Shown here piece by piece: positions 21,393-31,096 of a stretch of 64,000 nucleotides of DNA. Under the pieces are notes generated by a model. It was not told where the DNA came from. It searched no databases and worked only from the letters and a program-made list of their open reading frames with translations. Position 1 is the stretch's first letter; each line of letters opens with the position of its first letter. The position numbers and the translations under genes are program-made. Origin of the DNA: an uncultured Spirochaetota bacterium (GTDB lineage: Bacteria > Spirochaetota > Spirochaetia > SZUA-6 > Fen-1364); contig CAWGAA010000001.1 of assembly GCA_963820525.1 (NCBI GenBank), forward strand, positions 480,001 to 544,000, in the 5' to 3' direction.

Positions 21393-21430
21393 CACCCTCG
21401 CACGCAACCCATCGGAAATAGGAAGAGATA

Positions 21431-22981
21431 ATGCTTTCACGAGAGGCTAGAAGGCTGAGGGCGAGAAAGGGCGATTCCGTCGCCGAGAGCATCGAGAAGA
21501 GGAGGGAAATGCATCCCCTTCTCTACGGATTCAGCGTCGTCGTTCTCGTCGTCGTGGTCGTCACGTTCGTCGCCTTGCCCATGGCGGGGAGGATGGGCAG
21601 CGGTGTCGGCTCCATCGTGTTCGGCAGCTATGATGGACACGATATTGTCTACCAACCCGGCAACTACTTCGCCCAGCAACAGAACCGTCTTTCCGAGCAG
21701 GTCCGCCAGCAGGGCCAGAATCAGGACGTGGCCAGCCAGGTCGAATATATATGGTACCAGGCGTACCAGCAGACCATCGTCCATACCGCAATGCTCATCG
21801 AAGCCCAAAAGGCGGGCTTGCAGGTCTCCGAGGACAAGGTGGACAAGGCGCTGCTCAACTATCCCGGCTATCAGGACAACGGGCAGTTCAGCGAAGAGCT
21901 CTACAGGAAAACGCCCACGCCCGAGCGCGTGCAGACGAGGAAGATGACGCGCGAGCAGCTCATCACGGACCAGTTCCTCTCTGATGAGTTTTCCGGGCTG
22001 AAGACGGCAGATCAGGAGAAGGCTTTCATCGCCTCCATGGCCAAGGACGAGCGCAGCTTCGATTTCGTCTCCTTCCCCTTCGACGGCTTTCCGGCGGATC
22101 AGGTGAAGAAGTATGCCGAGGCGAACAAGGCCCAGTTCAAGAAGATCAAGGTGAGCCGGATCCTCATCAAGTCGGGTGAGGGCGAGGCCAAGGAGATCAG
22201 AAAGAAGCTCCAGGACAAGTCATCGAGCTTCGAGGATCTTGCCAAGACCTACTCCAAGGACTCCTACGCCGTGGGCGGAGGAGACATGGGCTGGCGCTAC
22301 GCCTACGACCTTCAGTCAGACTTCGACAACAAGGATCAGGTGCAGTCCGTTTTCACCCTCAAGCAGGGAGAGGTGAGCGACGTCCTCAAGGGAACCTACG
22401 GTTGGATGATCTACCGCGCGGAGTCAGACTCCGTGGACCCCGACCTCGCGGATCAGGCCACGCTCGACACGGTGAAGGGCTATGTCATGAGGTACGAGCG
22501 CGGCAAGGTTGAAGACTATTTCATGGAGCTGGCGGGCAAGATGGCTCGCCGCGCCTCAGAGAGCGGCTTCACCGCCGCGGCGAAAGAGGCGGGGCGCGCG
22601 GTGAAGAAGACGGCCTCCTTCCCCATCAACCTCCAGAACGTGTTCAGCCTGGCTCCGGTCAAAGCGGTGCCGGACTCCGACACGCCCGCCTCCGCTGCGT
22701 ACAATCAGGACTTCTTCATCCGGGGCTTCTCCCTCGGTATGGACCAGGTCTCTCCGCCGATCGTCCTCGACGATCAGATCGTCGTGCTCAAGCTCACGGG
22801 CCAGCGGCAGGAGCCGGATGCGTCCCAGAAGCTGATGGCGAACTTCGCGGATTACATGGCCAGTCAATCGCTGCAGGCAGACCTGCAGGCCGAGCTGGAC
22901 AACCCGAAGAAGCTCAAGGACAACTTCCTGACCGTTTTCAACCAGTACGTCTACAGGCCCCAGAGGTCTCAGTCGCAATAG
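21431..22981 (+). CDS. Membrane-anchored SurA/PpiD-like chaperone with parvulin-type PPIase domain
   Basis: N-terminal transmembrane helix; SurA-N-like region; FEDLAKTYSKD...GGDMGW. Confidence 0.85.
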   Translation: MLSREARRLRARKGDSVAESIEKRREMHPLLYGFSVVVLVVVVVTFVALPMAGRMGSGVGSIVFGSYDGHDIVYQPGNYFAQQQNRLSEQVRQQGQNQDVASQVEYIWYQAYQQTIVHTAMLIEAQKAGLQVSEDKVDKALLNYPGYQDNGQFSEELYRKTPTPERVQTRKMTREQLITDQFLSDEFSGLKTADQEKAFIASMAKDERSFDFVSFPFDGFPADQVKKYAEANKAQFKKIKVSRILIKSGEGEAKEIRKKLQDKSSSFEDLAKTYSKDSYAVGGGDMGWRYAYDLQSDFDNKDQVQSVFTLKQGEVSDVLKGTYGWMIYRAESDSVDPDLADQATLDTVKGYVMRYERGKVEDYFMELAGKMARRASESGFTAAAKEAGRAVKKTASFPINLQNVFSLAPVKAVPDSDTPASAAYNQDFFIRGFSLGMDQVSPPIVLDDQIVVLKLTGQRQEPDASQKLMANFADYMASQSLQADLQAELDNPKKLKDNFLTVFNQYVYRPQRSQSQ

Positions 22982-24604
22982 ATGGAACTCGAGGACCCTC
23001 TCCTCATCCCGACGGAAAAGGGCCTCACGGCGCGCTGCGAGGACATCTACCTCTACCCTCCCGATGACCCGCTTGGCTACGCTGTCAAGCGCGCCCGGGC
23101 GGCGGAGATCCCTCCGCGGACTCTCGTCTTCGTTCCTTCCGTCGGGCTCGGCCACGGGCTGGGGGAGCTGCTCGCCCGGTTGCCGGAAGGCTGCGCAATC
23201 CTCTGCGTGGAAGCGCATCAAAAAATCATGGCCCTCGCCTCCGCTGTCGGGCTGCCCAGCGATCCCCGGCTCACGATCATAAGGACCGAAAGCGAGGATG
23301 CGGCAGCTGCAGTGCTCTCACGGATGGGCACGGGCCGGTTCCGCAGGGTGACTCAAATCTCCCTCTGCGCTGGATACAGGCTCAACCCGACGCTTTACGC
23401 GAGGCTTTCCGAGGTTCTTGCCTCTGAGATCAGGACCTACTGGCAGAACAGGATGACCCTCATCGCGATGGGAAGCCTCTGGATGAGGAACATCTTCGAG
23501 AACATGACGCTCTTGCCGCTTTCCCGGGATTTTGGAGGCCTCTCGACACACAAACCGGTCGTCGTCGCCGGAGCCGGGCCTTCCCTCGAAGGAAGCATCC
23601 CCGCGCTGCGCGCGCTGCGCCGCAAGTACCTCCTTGCCGCGGTAGACACTGCCCTCCCCGCTCTCGCCGCCTGCGGCCTCCGGCCGGATATCGTCGTCGT
23701 TCTGGAGGCCCAGGCTCTCAACCTGGCAGATTTCCTTCCCTACCGCGATCCCTCGATGCCGATCGCCTGCGAGCTCTCATCCCTCCCTCAAGCTCTCCGC
23801 CTGTTCCCTTCGAACCTGCATTTCTTCTCCTCGGCATTCGCTCCGCTCTCCCTCTTCAGCAGGCTCGACGCATCCGCGCTTCTTCCACGCGCCTTCCCGG
23901 CCCTCGGCTCCGTGGGAGTGGCTGCGGTGTACGCGGCGCTTTCCATGACGGAATGCGACGTGGTGCTCACGGGCCTGGACTTCGCCTACCCCGACGGCAG
24001 GACTCACGCGCGCGGGACCCCGGCGCACCTGGCCGCGCTCGGTTCTTGTGGGAGGTTTCACGGCGTCGGGCAGGAGGCGTACGCTTCGCTTCTGGCGCGG
24101 CCGCGCATGAGGGAGCGCGACAGGAACGGGAGGCTGGTGACGACTGACCTCGTGCTTGCCTCCTATGCCCGGCAGCTTCGCAGGAGCATTCGCGAGGATG
24201 CGGGACGCACATGGGAGATTGGAGAGATCGGATTGCCGCTCGGCGCCCGTCAGGCGAGCATGGAGGAGATCGCGGACAGGCTTTCCTCGGTCCCCGAGCT
24301 CGACGAGAGGCTCATCGAGCCCGGGGGACACGCTTTCGACCGCGCGCGGCTGCGCACCTTCTTGGAGGGCGAAAGGGAAATGCTTGCACGCGCCGAACAG
24401 GCGATCGAGGACGGCCTTTCGACAGGAGGCCCGCTGCCGCTTCCTACTGCAAGCAGGGAAGCCATGCGCGCGGTGGACTACGCTTTCGTGCATTTCCCCG
24501 ACGAGATGGATTGCGAGGCTCCCGCCAGGAGCTATCTCTCCCGGGCGCACGTGGCCGTGGGATACTACTTCGAGAGGCTCCCGAGGGTCATCGCCCGCCT
24601 GTAG
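22982..24604 (+). CDS. DUF115 / MptE-like (MAF_flag10) family protein
   Basis: VVAGAGPSL, AVDTALPAL, PDIVVVLE, GSV, LTGLDFAY...THARG. Confidence 0.75.
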   Translation: MELEDPLLIPTEKGLTARCEDIYLYPPDDPLGYAVKRARAAEIPPRTLVFVPSVGLGHGLGELLARLPEGCAILCVEAHQKIMALASAVGLPSDPRLTIIRTESEDAAAAVLSRMGTGRFRRVTQISLCAGYRLNPTLYARLSEVLASEIRTYWQNRMTLIAMGSLWMRNIFENMTLLPLSRDFGGLSTHKPVVVAGAGPSLEGSIPALRALRRKYLLAAVDTALPALAACGLRPDIVVVLEAQALNLADFLPYRDPSMPIACELSSLPQALRLFPSNLHFFSSAFAPLSLFSRLDASALLPRAFPALGSVGVAAVYAALSMTECDVVLTGLDFAYPDGRTHARGTPAHLAALGSCGRFHGVGQEAYASLLARPRMRERDRNGRLVTTDLVLASYARQLRRSIREDAGRTWEIGEIGLPLGARQASMEEIADRLSSVPELDERLIEPGGHAFDRARLRTFLEGEREMLARAEQAIEDGLSTGGPLPLPTASREAMRAVDYAFVHFPDEMDCEAPARSYLSRAHVAVGYYFERLPRVIARL

Positions 24605-24612
24605 GCGGACCG

Positions 24613-26415
24613 TTATTCCTCGGATGTCTTCAGGACGGCGAGGAAGGCGGATTGGGGAAGCTCGACCTCTCCCACCATTTTCATCCTCTTCTTGCCTTCC
24701 TTCTGCTTTTCCAGGAGCTTGCGCTTTCGGGTGATATCCCCGCCGTAACACTTGGCCGTCACGTCTTTTCTGAATGCGGAGATGGTCTCGCGCGCGATGA
24801 TCTGGCCGCCGATGGCCCCCTGGATAGGGATCTTGAACTGATGGCGAGGGATCTCGTCGCGCAGCCGCTCGCAGATCTTTCGCGCCCTCTGATAGGCATT
24901 GCCCCGGAACACGAGCTGGGCTAGGGCGTCGACCACCTTCCCATTGATGAGGATGTCCAGCTTGGCAAGCTCGGTCTGGCGGAAGCCCAGGATCTCGTAA
25001 TCGAATGAAGCGTATCCCCTGCTCACCGATTTCAGCCTGTCGTAGAAGTCGAAGACCACCTCCGCCAGGGGCATCTCGAAGACGAGCTCCACCCGCTTCT
25101 CGTCGAGGTAGGTCATGCTCTTCTGGACGCCGCGTTTCTCCAGGCAGAGGGTGATGATGTTCCCCAGGTATTGCGTCGGGGTGATCATGGAAGCGCGGAT
25201 ATAGGGCTCTTCCGTCTTTTCGATATTCGTCGGGTCGGGAAAATTGGCGGGGTTGTCGATGAGGATCTCCCTGCCGTCCCGCATGGTGATCCTGTATTGC
25301 ACCGACGGAGCGGTGAACACGATGGCGAGGTAAAACTCCCTCTCGATCCTCTCCTGCACGATCTCCAGGTGCAGGAGGCCCAGGAAACCGCAGCGAAAAC
25401 CGTAGCCCAACGCCACGGAGGAATCCTTCTCGTAGACAAGAGAGGCGTCGTTGAGCTTCAGCTTGGCCATGGCGTCGATGAGCTGCTCGTAATCGTTTGC
25501 GTCCACGGGGTAGATCGAGGAGAAGACGACCGGCTTGACCTCGCGGAACCCCGCCAGACGCTCGGTGCACGGGCTGTCGCGATCCGTGACGGTGTCTCCC
25601 ACCCGCGTGTCGGAAACCGTCTTGATCCCCGCGATCAGGTAGCCGACCTCTCCGGGGCCCAGCGACTCTTTCTTTACCAGCCCGAGGCGGAAGATCCCCG
25701 TCTCCTCCACCTGGTATGCCGCCTTGTTCCAGAAGAACTGGATGAACTGTCCGGGACGGATTGTCCCCGTGAAAACGCGGATGTGGATAATGACCCCGCG
25801 ATACGCGTCGTAGTTGGAGTCGAAGATCAGGGCCTTCAGTGCTTCTTCCCCGGATCCCTTCGGCGACGGCACCCGGGCGACGATGGCCTCGCACAGCTCG
25901 TCGACGCCGGTCCCCAGCTTGGCCGACACAAGCAGGGCGGAATCGGGATCCAGCCCCAGGTCGTGCCCGATCTGGCGCTTCACCCCCTCGATGTCCGCGC
26001 TGGGCAGGTCGATCTTGTTGATCACCGGAATTATCTCAAGGTCATGGTCGAGGGCCATGTACATGTTGGCCAGAGTCTGCGCTTCAACCCCCTGCGTCGC
26101 GTCTATCAGGAGCACCGCGCCTTCGCACGCCGAGATCGAGCGGGATACCTCGTAGGAGAAGTCGACGTGCCCGGGGGTGTCCACCAGGTTCAGGATATAC
26201 TCCTGCCCATCACGGGAGCTGTAGGGAATCGCCACGGCCTGGCTCTTGATCGTGATCCCGCGCTCCCGCTCGATGTCCATGTTGTCCAGGATCTGGTCGT
26301 GAAACTCCCTGTCGGAGACGAGCCGGGCCCGCTGGATGAAGCGGTCCGCGAGAGTGGACTTGCCATGATCGATATGCGCGATGATGCAGAAATTGCGGAT
26401 TCTTTGAGTTTCCAA
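24613..26415 (-). CDS. lepA: Translation elongation factor 4
   Basis: [46 protein letters not shown] start. Confidence 0.98.
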   Translation of the reverse strand: METQRIRNFCIIAHIDHGKSTLADRFIQRARLVSDREFHDQILDNMDIERERGITIKSQAVAIPYSSRDGQEYILNLVDTPGHVDFSYEVSRSISACEGAVLLIDATQGVEAQTLANMYMALDHDLEIIPVINKIDLPSADIEGVKRQIGHDLGLDPDSALLVSAKLGTGVDELCEAIVARVPSPKGSGEEALKALIFDSNYDAYRGVIIHIRVFTGTIRPGQFIQFFWNKAAYQVEETGIFRLGLVKKESLGPGEVGYLIAGIKTVSDTRVGDTVTDRDSPCTERLAGFREVKPVVFSSIYPVDANDYEQLIDAMAKLKLNDASLVYEKDSSVALGYGFRCGFLGLLHLEIVQERIEREFYLAIVFTAPSVQYRITMRDGREILIDNPANFPDPTNIEKTEEPYIRASMITPTQYLGNIITLCLEKRGVQKSMTYLDEKRVELVFEMPLAEVVFDFYDRLKSVSRGYASFDYEILGFRQTELAKLDILINGKVVDALAQLVFRGNAYQRARKICERLRDEIPRHQFKIPIQGAIGGQIIARETISAFRKDVTAKCYGGDITRKRKLLEKQKEGKKRMKMVGEVELPQSAFLAVLKTSEE

Positions 26416-26424
26416 CGGACGGGC

Positions 26425-26453
26425 AGTATAGCGAATGGCGGCGCTTTCTTCAA
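26425..26453 (-). promoter_or_regulatory. Sigma70 promoter of lepA
   Basis: TTGAAG-17 nt-TATACT, 9 nt before TTG start. Confidence 0.6.
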
Positions 26454-26467
26454 TCCAATTGCGCGCC

Positions 26468-26496
26468 TTGACAAACCCTTTTCCGGCACTTACCCT
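26468..26496 (+). promoter_or_regulatory. Sigma70 promoter of response regulator
   Basis: TTGACA-17 nt-TACCCT, 7 nt before GTG 26504. Confidence 0.6.
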
Positions 26497-26503
26497 GGCG
26501 GCG

Positions 26504-27430
26504 GTGATTAACGGCGGAAGAGCGAAGATCCTCGTCGCTGAGGATCAGGATGCCTTGCGAACCTTCCTCTGCCGGACGCTCTCCCGTGAAGGCTTCGAGG
26601 CCATCGAAGCCAAGGACGGAGAGAGCGCTATAGAGCTCTACAAGTCCCTGAAGCCCCCCCTGGTCGTTTCCGACATCATGATGCCCAGGATGGACGGCCT
26701 CACTCTGCTGCAGGAGATCAAGAGGATCGATCCCGAAGCCGCAGTCATCCTGATGACCGGCCATGGCAATGAGGATATTCTGTTGAAGGCTCTCCAGGGC
26801 GGGGCCACCAACTTCTTCAAGAAGCCCTTCAATATCCGTTCGCTGATCGCCGAGATCCGCAAGATCTTCCAGTACAAGATCGAGACGGTGAGGAGCATCC
26901 TCTTCTCGCCCTATCTCGTCGAGGAATCCAAGAGCTTCCTCATCACCACCGGAGAGGCTCAGTATCACCCCATCATCAACCAGATCACTCTCCAGCTTCC
27001 CTGCCTGCTTGCCGAATCGGAGATCCTCAACCTCAAGATCGGGATCGAGGAGATGATCACCAACGCCATAGAACACGGCAACCTTGCCATCAGCCTCGCG
27101 GAGAAAAACGCGGCGATCACCGAGGGCAATCTCGGCAAGCTCCTGCGGGATCGCATTGCCCAGGGGGGCAATTCCTCCAAGAAGGTCTCCATCTCATCCC
27201 GTCTCAGCCGGGAGTCCTTCACCATCACCATCCGCGACGAGGGGGACGGCTTCGACTGGCGCAACCTTCCCGCGCTGGCTCCTGAAAACCTCTTCTCTTT
27301 TGGCGGCAGGGGGATCTTCCTCACGAAGATCTATTACGATGAGGTCTCCTACAACGACCCGGGAAACGAGGTGACACTGATAAAGAGGAGAAGAAGCGAG
27401 AGGCACTGGCCGACGCCGCGCGGCCCCTAG
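26504..27430 (+). CDS. Response regulator receiver fused to RsbW-like (HATPase_c) domain
   Basis: [44 protein letters not shown]; start inferred at GTG 26504. Confidence 0.85.
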   Translation: MINGGRAKILVAEDQDALRTFLCRTLSREGFEAIEAKDGESAIELYKSLKPPLVVSDIMMPRMDGLTLLQEIKRIDPEAAVILMTGHGNEDILLKALQGGATNFFKKPFNIRSLIAEIRKIFQYKIETVRSILFSPYLVEESKSFLITTGEAQYHPIINQITLQLPCLLAESEILNLKIGIEEMITNAIEHGNLAISLAEKNAAITEGNLGKLLRDRIAQGGNSSKKVSISSRLSRESFTITIRDEGDGFDWRNLPALAPENLFSFGGRGIFLTKIYYDEVSYNDPGNEVTLIKRRRSERHWPTPRGP

Positions 27431-27434
27431 ACCT

Positions 27435-29222
27435 TTAGAGGAAATTGTTGGTATCCAGGTACGTGGCGATCTGGATCACGCTCTCCATGAACCCCTGTTT
27501 GCGCTTCTTCACGTAGAGTTGCAGGACGACGTAGCCCTTGTCCCGGTCCACCTGCCAGTCCTGGATGGTCAAAGGATCGTTTTCTGAGAAACCCGACTCG
27601 TCCGCCACGGAACCCTTGGAGACGCGTCGCACGACGTAGTCGTTCTTCCACAGAAAGCTGCCCACCCTTTCCAGCTGCATCCCGAAAAGAGGGTAGATCA
27701 CGGTGTCCATCGAGTCCCGTTTCAAGGCGACCTCGACCGGGCTCTCGGGCCTCGAGGAGAGGCAGAGAACCCTCTCCAGCTTCACGCCGTCCCGGATCGA
27801 AGAGAGGCGGACGAGGCTCAACGGCGCGTGGTTCAACAGGGCATCCTGCGCGTCCCGGATGGTCGTATACTTGGCGCCGTTGATGCCCTCGATGATATCT
27901 CCCACCAGGATCCCTGCCTTGTCGGCGGGCTCGCCCGGCACGACGTATGTCACCTCCAGCCCCTTGTCCGTCTCGTTCAGGGACATGCCGAGCCAGGGGT
28001 GATCGACCTGCCCCCCCGCGTACAGCTGCGGCAGAACACGTTCGATCCACGTGTAGGGCACCGCGAAATTGATCCCCTCGAACTGCGGGATGCCGGCGAA
28101 AACAATCCCGATCACGTCCCCCTTGTCGTTGAGCAGCGGACCGCCGCTGTTGCCGGGATTGAGGGGAACATCCACCTGGAGCGTGTCCCCCATCTGGAGG
28201 AATCGACGTCCCGTGGCGGAGACGATCCCCGACGTGATGGTCTTCTCGAGCCCTCCGGGCGAACCGATGGCGTAGATCCGGTCTCCCGGAACGACAGGCT
28301 CCGTGGAAAGCCCCGAGAAGACGTATTCGGGGGCGAGCTCCACCTTGAGCAGGGCAAGGTCGAACGTCGAATCGTATCCGATCACCTTGGCCGGGATCTT
28401 GTCCCCCGTGTCTTCCGACAGGCGGATGAACAGCCGCGAGTATCCCTCGTACTTCGGGTCCACCTCGCTTTTGATCACGTGGTAGTTGGTGAGCAGATAG
28501 CCGCGGGAGTCGATGAAAAAGGCGCTTCCGATCACGCGATCGGGGTAGCCGACCCCCTTCTCCATGCGGATGCCCCTGTCCACCCAGACCGTCACGGTGC
28601 CCTTTATCATGCGCTTGAAATCGGCCTTGTCGTCGGGCTTCGGCACCGCGATTCCCGCGGGGATGGAGAATCCTCGCTTGACCATCAGATCTGCGATCAT
28701 CCGCACCGCGGCGGCATCTCCCAGGCCGGAGGCATAGGAGAGGGCGTCGGAGAGCTCAGCCTGGGTGGGCTCGCCGAGTGAGATGGCGCGAAGACGCGCA
28801 AGGAGGGAAAGGAGCCGTTCTCCCGAGGAGTCAAGCGAAGAGGCCAGCCCTTCGGTGAGGGCCTTTTCCGTCCACCCCGTGACGAGCTCAGGCTTGCCGT
28901 AGGCATTGGCCGATTGATAGAGGCGGATCGCATCCGCGTATTTCTTGTCCGCCGCCGCCTGCTTGAAAGCGCTCGCCAACGCCTCAAGCGCTCGGCCTTC
29001 CAGCGCATCGATCTTGGCCGCCTGATCGCTTGTCGGCGTGACCGATCTGAGGAAAGAGATGCCCTCCAGGCTCTGCAGGAAAGAGCCGGAATCAATGAGG
29101 CTTTCAACCTCGTGGATGCGAGCCTCCGGCAGGGTCGGAACGCGCTCCCGTGACGGCTGTGTCGTCGCGCACCCGAAGAGGAGAAACGCCAGCGAAACTG
29201 CAATGGGAAGGAGCCTTCTCAT
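27435..29222 (-). CDS. HtrA-like serine protease lipoprotein with PDZ domains
   Basis: Lipobox LLFG-C; LTNYHV, DLALLK, GNSGGP triad; PDZ-type PADKAGILVGDII. Confidence 0.88.
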   Translation of the reverse strand: MRRLLPIAVSLAFLLFGCATTQPSRERVPTLPEARIHEVESLIDSGSFLQSLEGISFLRSVTPTSDQAAKIDALEGRALEALASAFKQAAADKKYADAIRLYQSANAYGKPELVTGWTEKALTEGLASSLDSSGERLLSLLARLRAISLGEPTQAELSDALSYASGLGDAAAVRMIADLMVKRGFSIPAGIAVPKPDDKADFKRMIKGTVTVWVDRGIRMEKGVGYPDRVIGSAFFIDSRGYLLTNYHVIKSEVDPKYEGYSRLFIRLSEDTGDKIPAKVIGYDSTFDLALLKVELAPEYVFSGLSTEPVVPGDRIYAIGSPGGLEKTITSGIVSATGRRFLQMGDTLQVDVPLNPGNSGGPLLNDKGDVIGIVFAGIPQFEGINFAVPYTWIERVLPQLYAGGQVDHPWLGMSLNETDKGLEVTYVVPGEPADKAGILVGDIIEGINGAKYTTIRDAQDALLNHAPLSLVRLSSIRDGVKLERVLCLSSRPESPVEVALKRDSMDTVIYPLFGMQLERVGSFLWKNDYVVRRVSKGSVADESGFSENDPLTIQDWQVDRDKGYVVLQLYVKKRKQGFMESVIQIATYLDTNNFL

Positions 29223-31096
29223 TCAATCACCTCGACATAAACGATGTTCTCGAACCGGAAGACGAGAAAGCTCTTCCCGCCGGAGGAGAAGACGCCGTCT
29301 CTGGTGCTCCCGCTCACCGGAGCGCTCGGGCTTGGCGGCCCGATCCACACGATCCCCTTTGCCTTATCGGGGGCAACCGGGAGCGTCTTCCCGTTCTTCT
29401 GAACTCCCACGATCCGGCCGTTCTGGAAGACCGTGCGAAGGTTGAAAGCTCCGTTCAGGGCGGTGGAGAACTCCCGGACTATCGTGCCCTTCGCACCGGG
29501 AAACTCTCGCGCGTCCCAAACCCCGTCCTCATTGTAATCCCACAGCCTGACGGTGGCTGCGCTGTATCGCTCCGCATAATCGACCTTCCCGTCTCCGTCC
29601 GTGTCTGCCCGGATTCCGGAAAGCTTTCCATCGCGATAGGTCTCCGAGACCTCGCCGCCGCTGCCCGGAAGATCGCGAAGACCTCTCACCGGATGTCCCG
29701 CGGTGTACCAGACCTTGTGATCCATGACGCCGTCACGGTTCAGGTCCTCTTCCATGTACTGCCTCTGGCCGGCGGCAAGGTCGATTCTTCGAAGCAGGAG
29801 GGAGGATCCGGCCGGGTAGTCCTCTTCACGAAAGGCCGCGGTGAGGATCTCCCCGCGGGTGGGGACGATGAACTGCGGGCGGATCTCCGGTTCGGGGAGG
29901 CCGCTTGTCGCGGAATCGAGCAGCGGGCAGCCGAGCGAGTGAGGCGCGAGCGAGTATGTCCGCGTCTCCGCCGCGTCCGCTTCCGCCGCCGTGTCGATAA
30001 AGGGATACGTTTCGTAGTGAAACGTAAGCTTCGCGCCGCCCGAAGGGACGGTGAGTGACGCCACGGCGCCGCTGGAAAAGGCGGCGCTGTGCTCGGGAAT
30101 TCCATCCTCGTTCGCGTCGCGGATCCACAGCACGGGCGTGCCATTCTGATATTCCCAGCGCTCCTCGTAGAATCCGTCGCCATCGATATCCAGATCCCTC
30201 CGGCCGGTGAACCGGGCGAGCTCGGCCTGGAAGCTGGATGCCAGGGCGCTCGCGCCTGCGGTCGCCAGAGCGACGCGACGGGTGAGATCCAGCCGGGACA
30301 GCCCTCCGTTGGCTATGAAGGCGGAGAGGTACTTTTCGGGATCCTTCGGCCCCGCCTCCATTCCCAGGACCGGGGCGAGCGGTTCCTTTCCCCCCCGGGA
30401 CATGTAGTCGTCCACGGCGCGGACCCTTCTTTCGGGATCGGGCTCCAGGACTGCCAAGCGCAGGAGAAGCGGCATGCTGTCGGGCAGCTCGCGCAAGCCC
30501 GCGGCAGCGAAGGATCGAGCGGCGTCCAGGTTCCCACGGGCTTCGGCAAGCCTCGAAGAGAGCAAGGAGAGGCCTTCGGTCTTGGGAAATTGTTTCAGGC
30601 CGGCCGCAGCCGTCTTCTCGGCAAGGTCCCCTCTCCCGTTTTTCGAAAAAGCCTCGGCCAGGAGGAGGATATTTTCAGGATCCTCGGGCTCGTGCGCGAC
30701 GAGACGCTGGAGGGTTAAGACCGCTTCTGCAAGGGAGCCGATTCTTACGAGCACGCCGGCAAGCTCCTGGGAGGCCGTGTCGGTGTTCGTGGTTGACCAG
30801 GTATCGGCGGCGATGGCTTTCCTCAGGGATTCGATGCCTTTCCGGGTGTTTTCCTGGCTGCGCAGGGAGATACGGGCGCTCAGGTACAGGGCCTCCGAGG
30901 AATCGGGGAAGAACTGGAGGGAGGATTCGGCCATGCGCTGGGCTGCGGCGAAATCCCCGGACGCGTAGAGGGCTCTGGCTTGATCGAGGTACACGGCCGA
31001 AGTGGCCGGATCGCGATCCGCCGCGAAGGCCGTTAAAGGGAGGAGCAAGAAAAAGATCGAGACGAAAAGGGACTGTGTCGACCGGCCCGTGTTCAC
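29219..31096 (-). CDS. Secreted TPR protein with C-terminal Dx[DN]xDG repeats
   Basis: Signal peptide; Ala/Leu helical repeats; DIDGDG, DANEDG, DLNRDG, DTDGDG, DYNEDG. Confidence 0.7.
   Translation of the reverse strand: MNTGRSTQSLFVSIFFLLLPLTAFAADRDPATSAVYLDQARALYASGDFAAAQRMAESSLQFFPDSSEALYLSARISLRSQENTRKGIESLRKAIAADTWSTTNTDTASQELAGVLVRIGSLAEAVLTLQRLVAHEPEDPENILLLAEAFSKNGRGDLAEKTAAAGLKQFPKTEGLSLLSSRLAEARGNLDAARSFAAAGLRELPDSMPLLLRLAVLEPDPERRVRAVDDYMSRGGKEPLAPVLGMEAGPKDPEKYLSAFIANGGLSRLDLTRRVALATAGASALASSFQAELARFTGRRDLDIDGDGFYEERWEYQNGTPVLWIRDANEDGIPEHSAAFSSGAVASLTVPSGGAKLTFHYETYPFIDTAAEADAAETRTYSLAPHSLGCPLLDSATSGLPEPEIRPQFIVPTRGEILTAAFREEDYPAGSSLLLRRIDLAAGQRQYMEEDLNRDGVMDHKVWYTAGHPVRGLRDLPGSGGEVSETYRDGKLSGIRADTDGDGKVDYAERYSAATVRLWDYNEDGVWDAREFPGAKGTIVREFSTALNGAFNLRTVFQNGRIVGVQKNGKTLPVAPDKAKGIVWIGPPSPSAPVSGSTRDGVFSSGGKSFLVFRFENIVYVEVIE

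Noticed and set aside
23777..25894. 705 aa minus-strand ORF
   Set aside because: Alternative frame over lepA and antisense to the DUF115 gene; Arg/Gly/Pro-rich with no motifs
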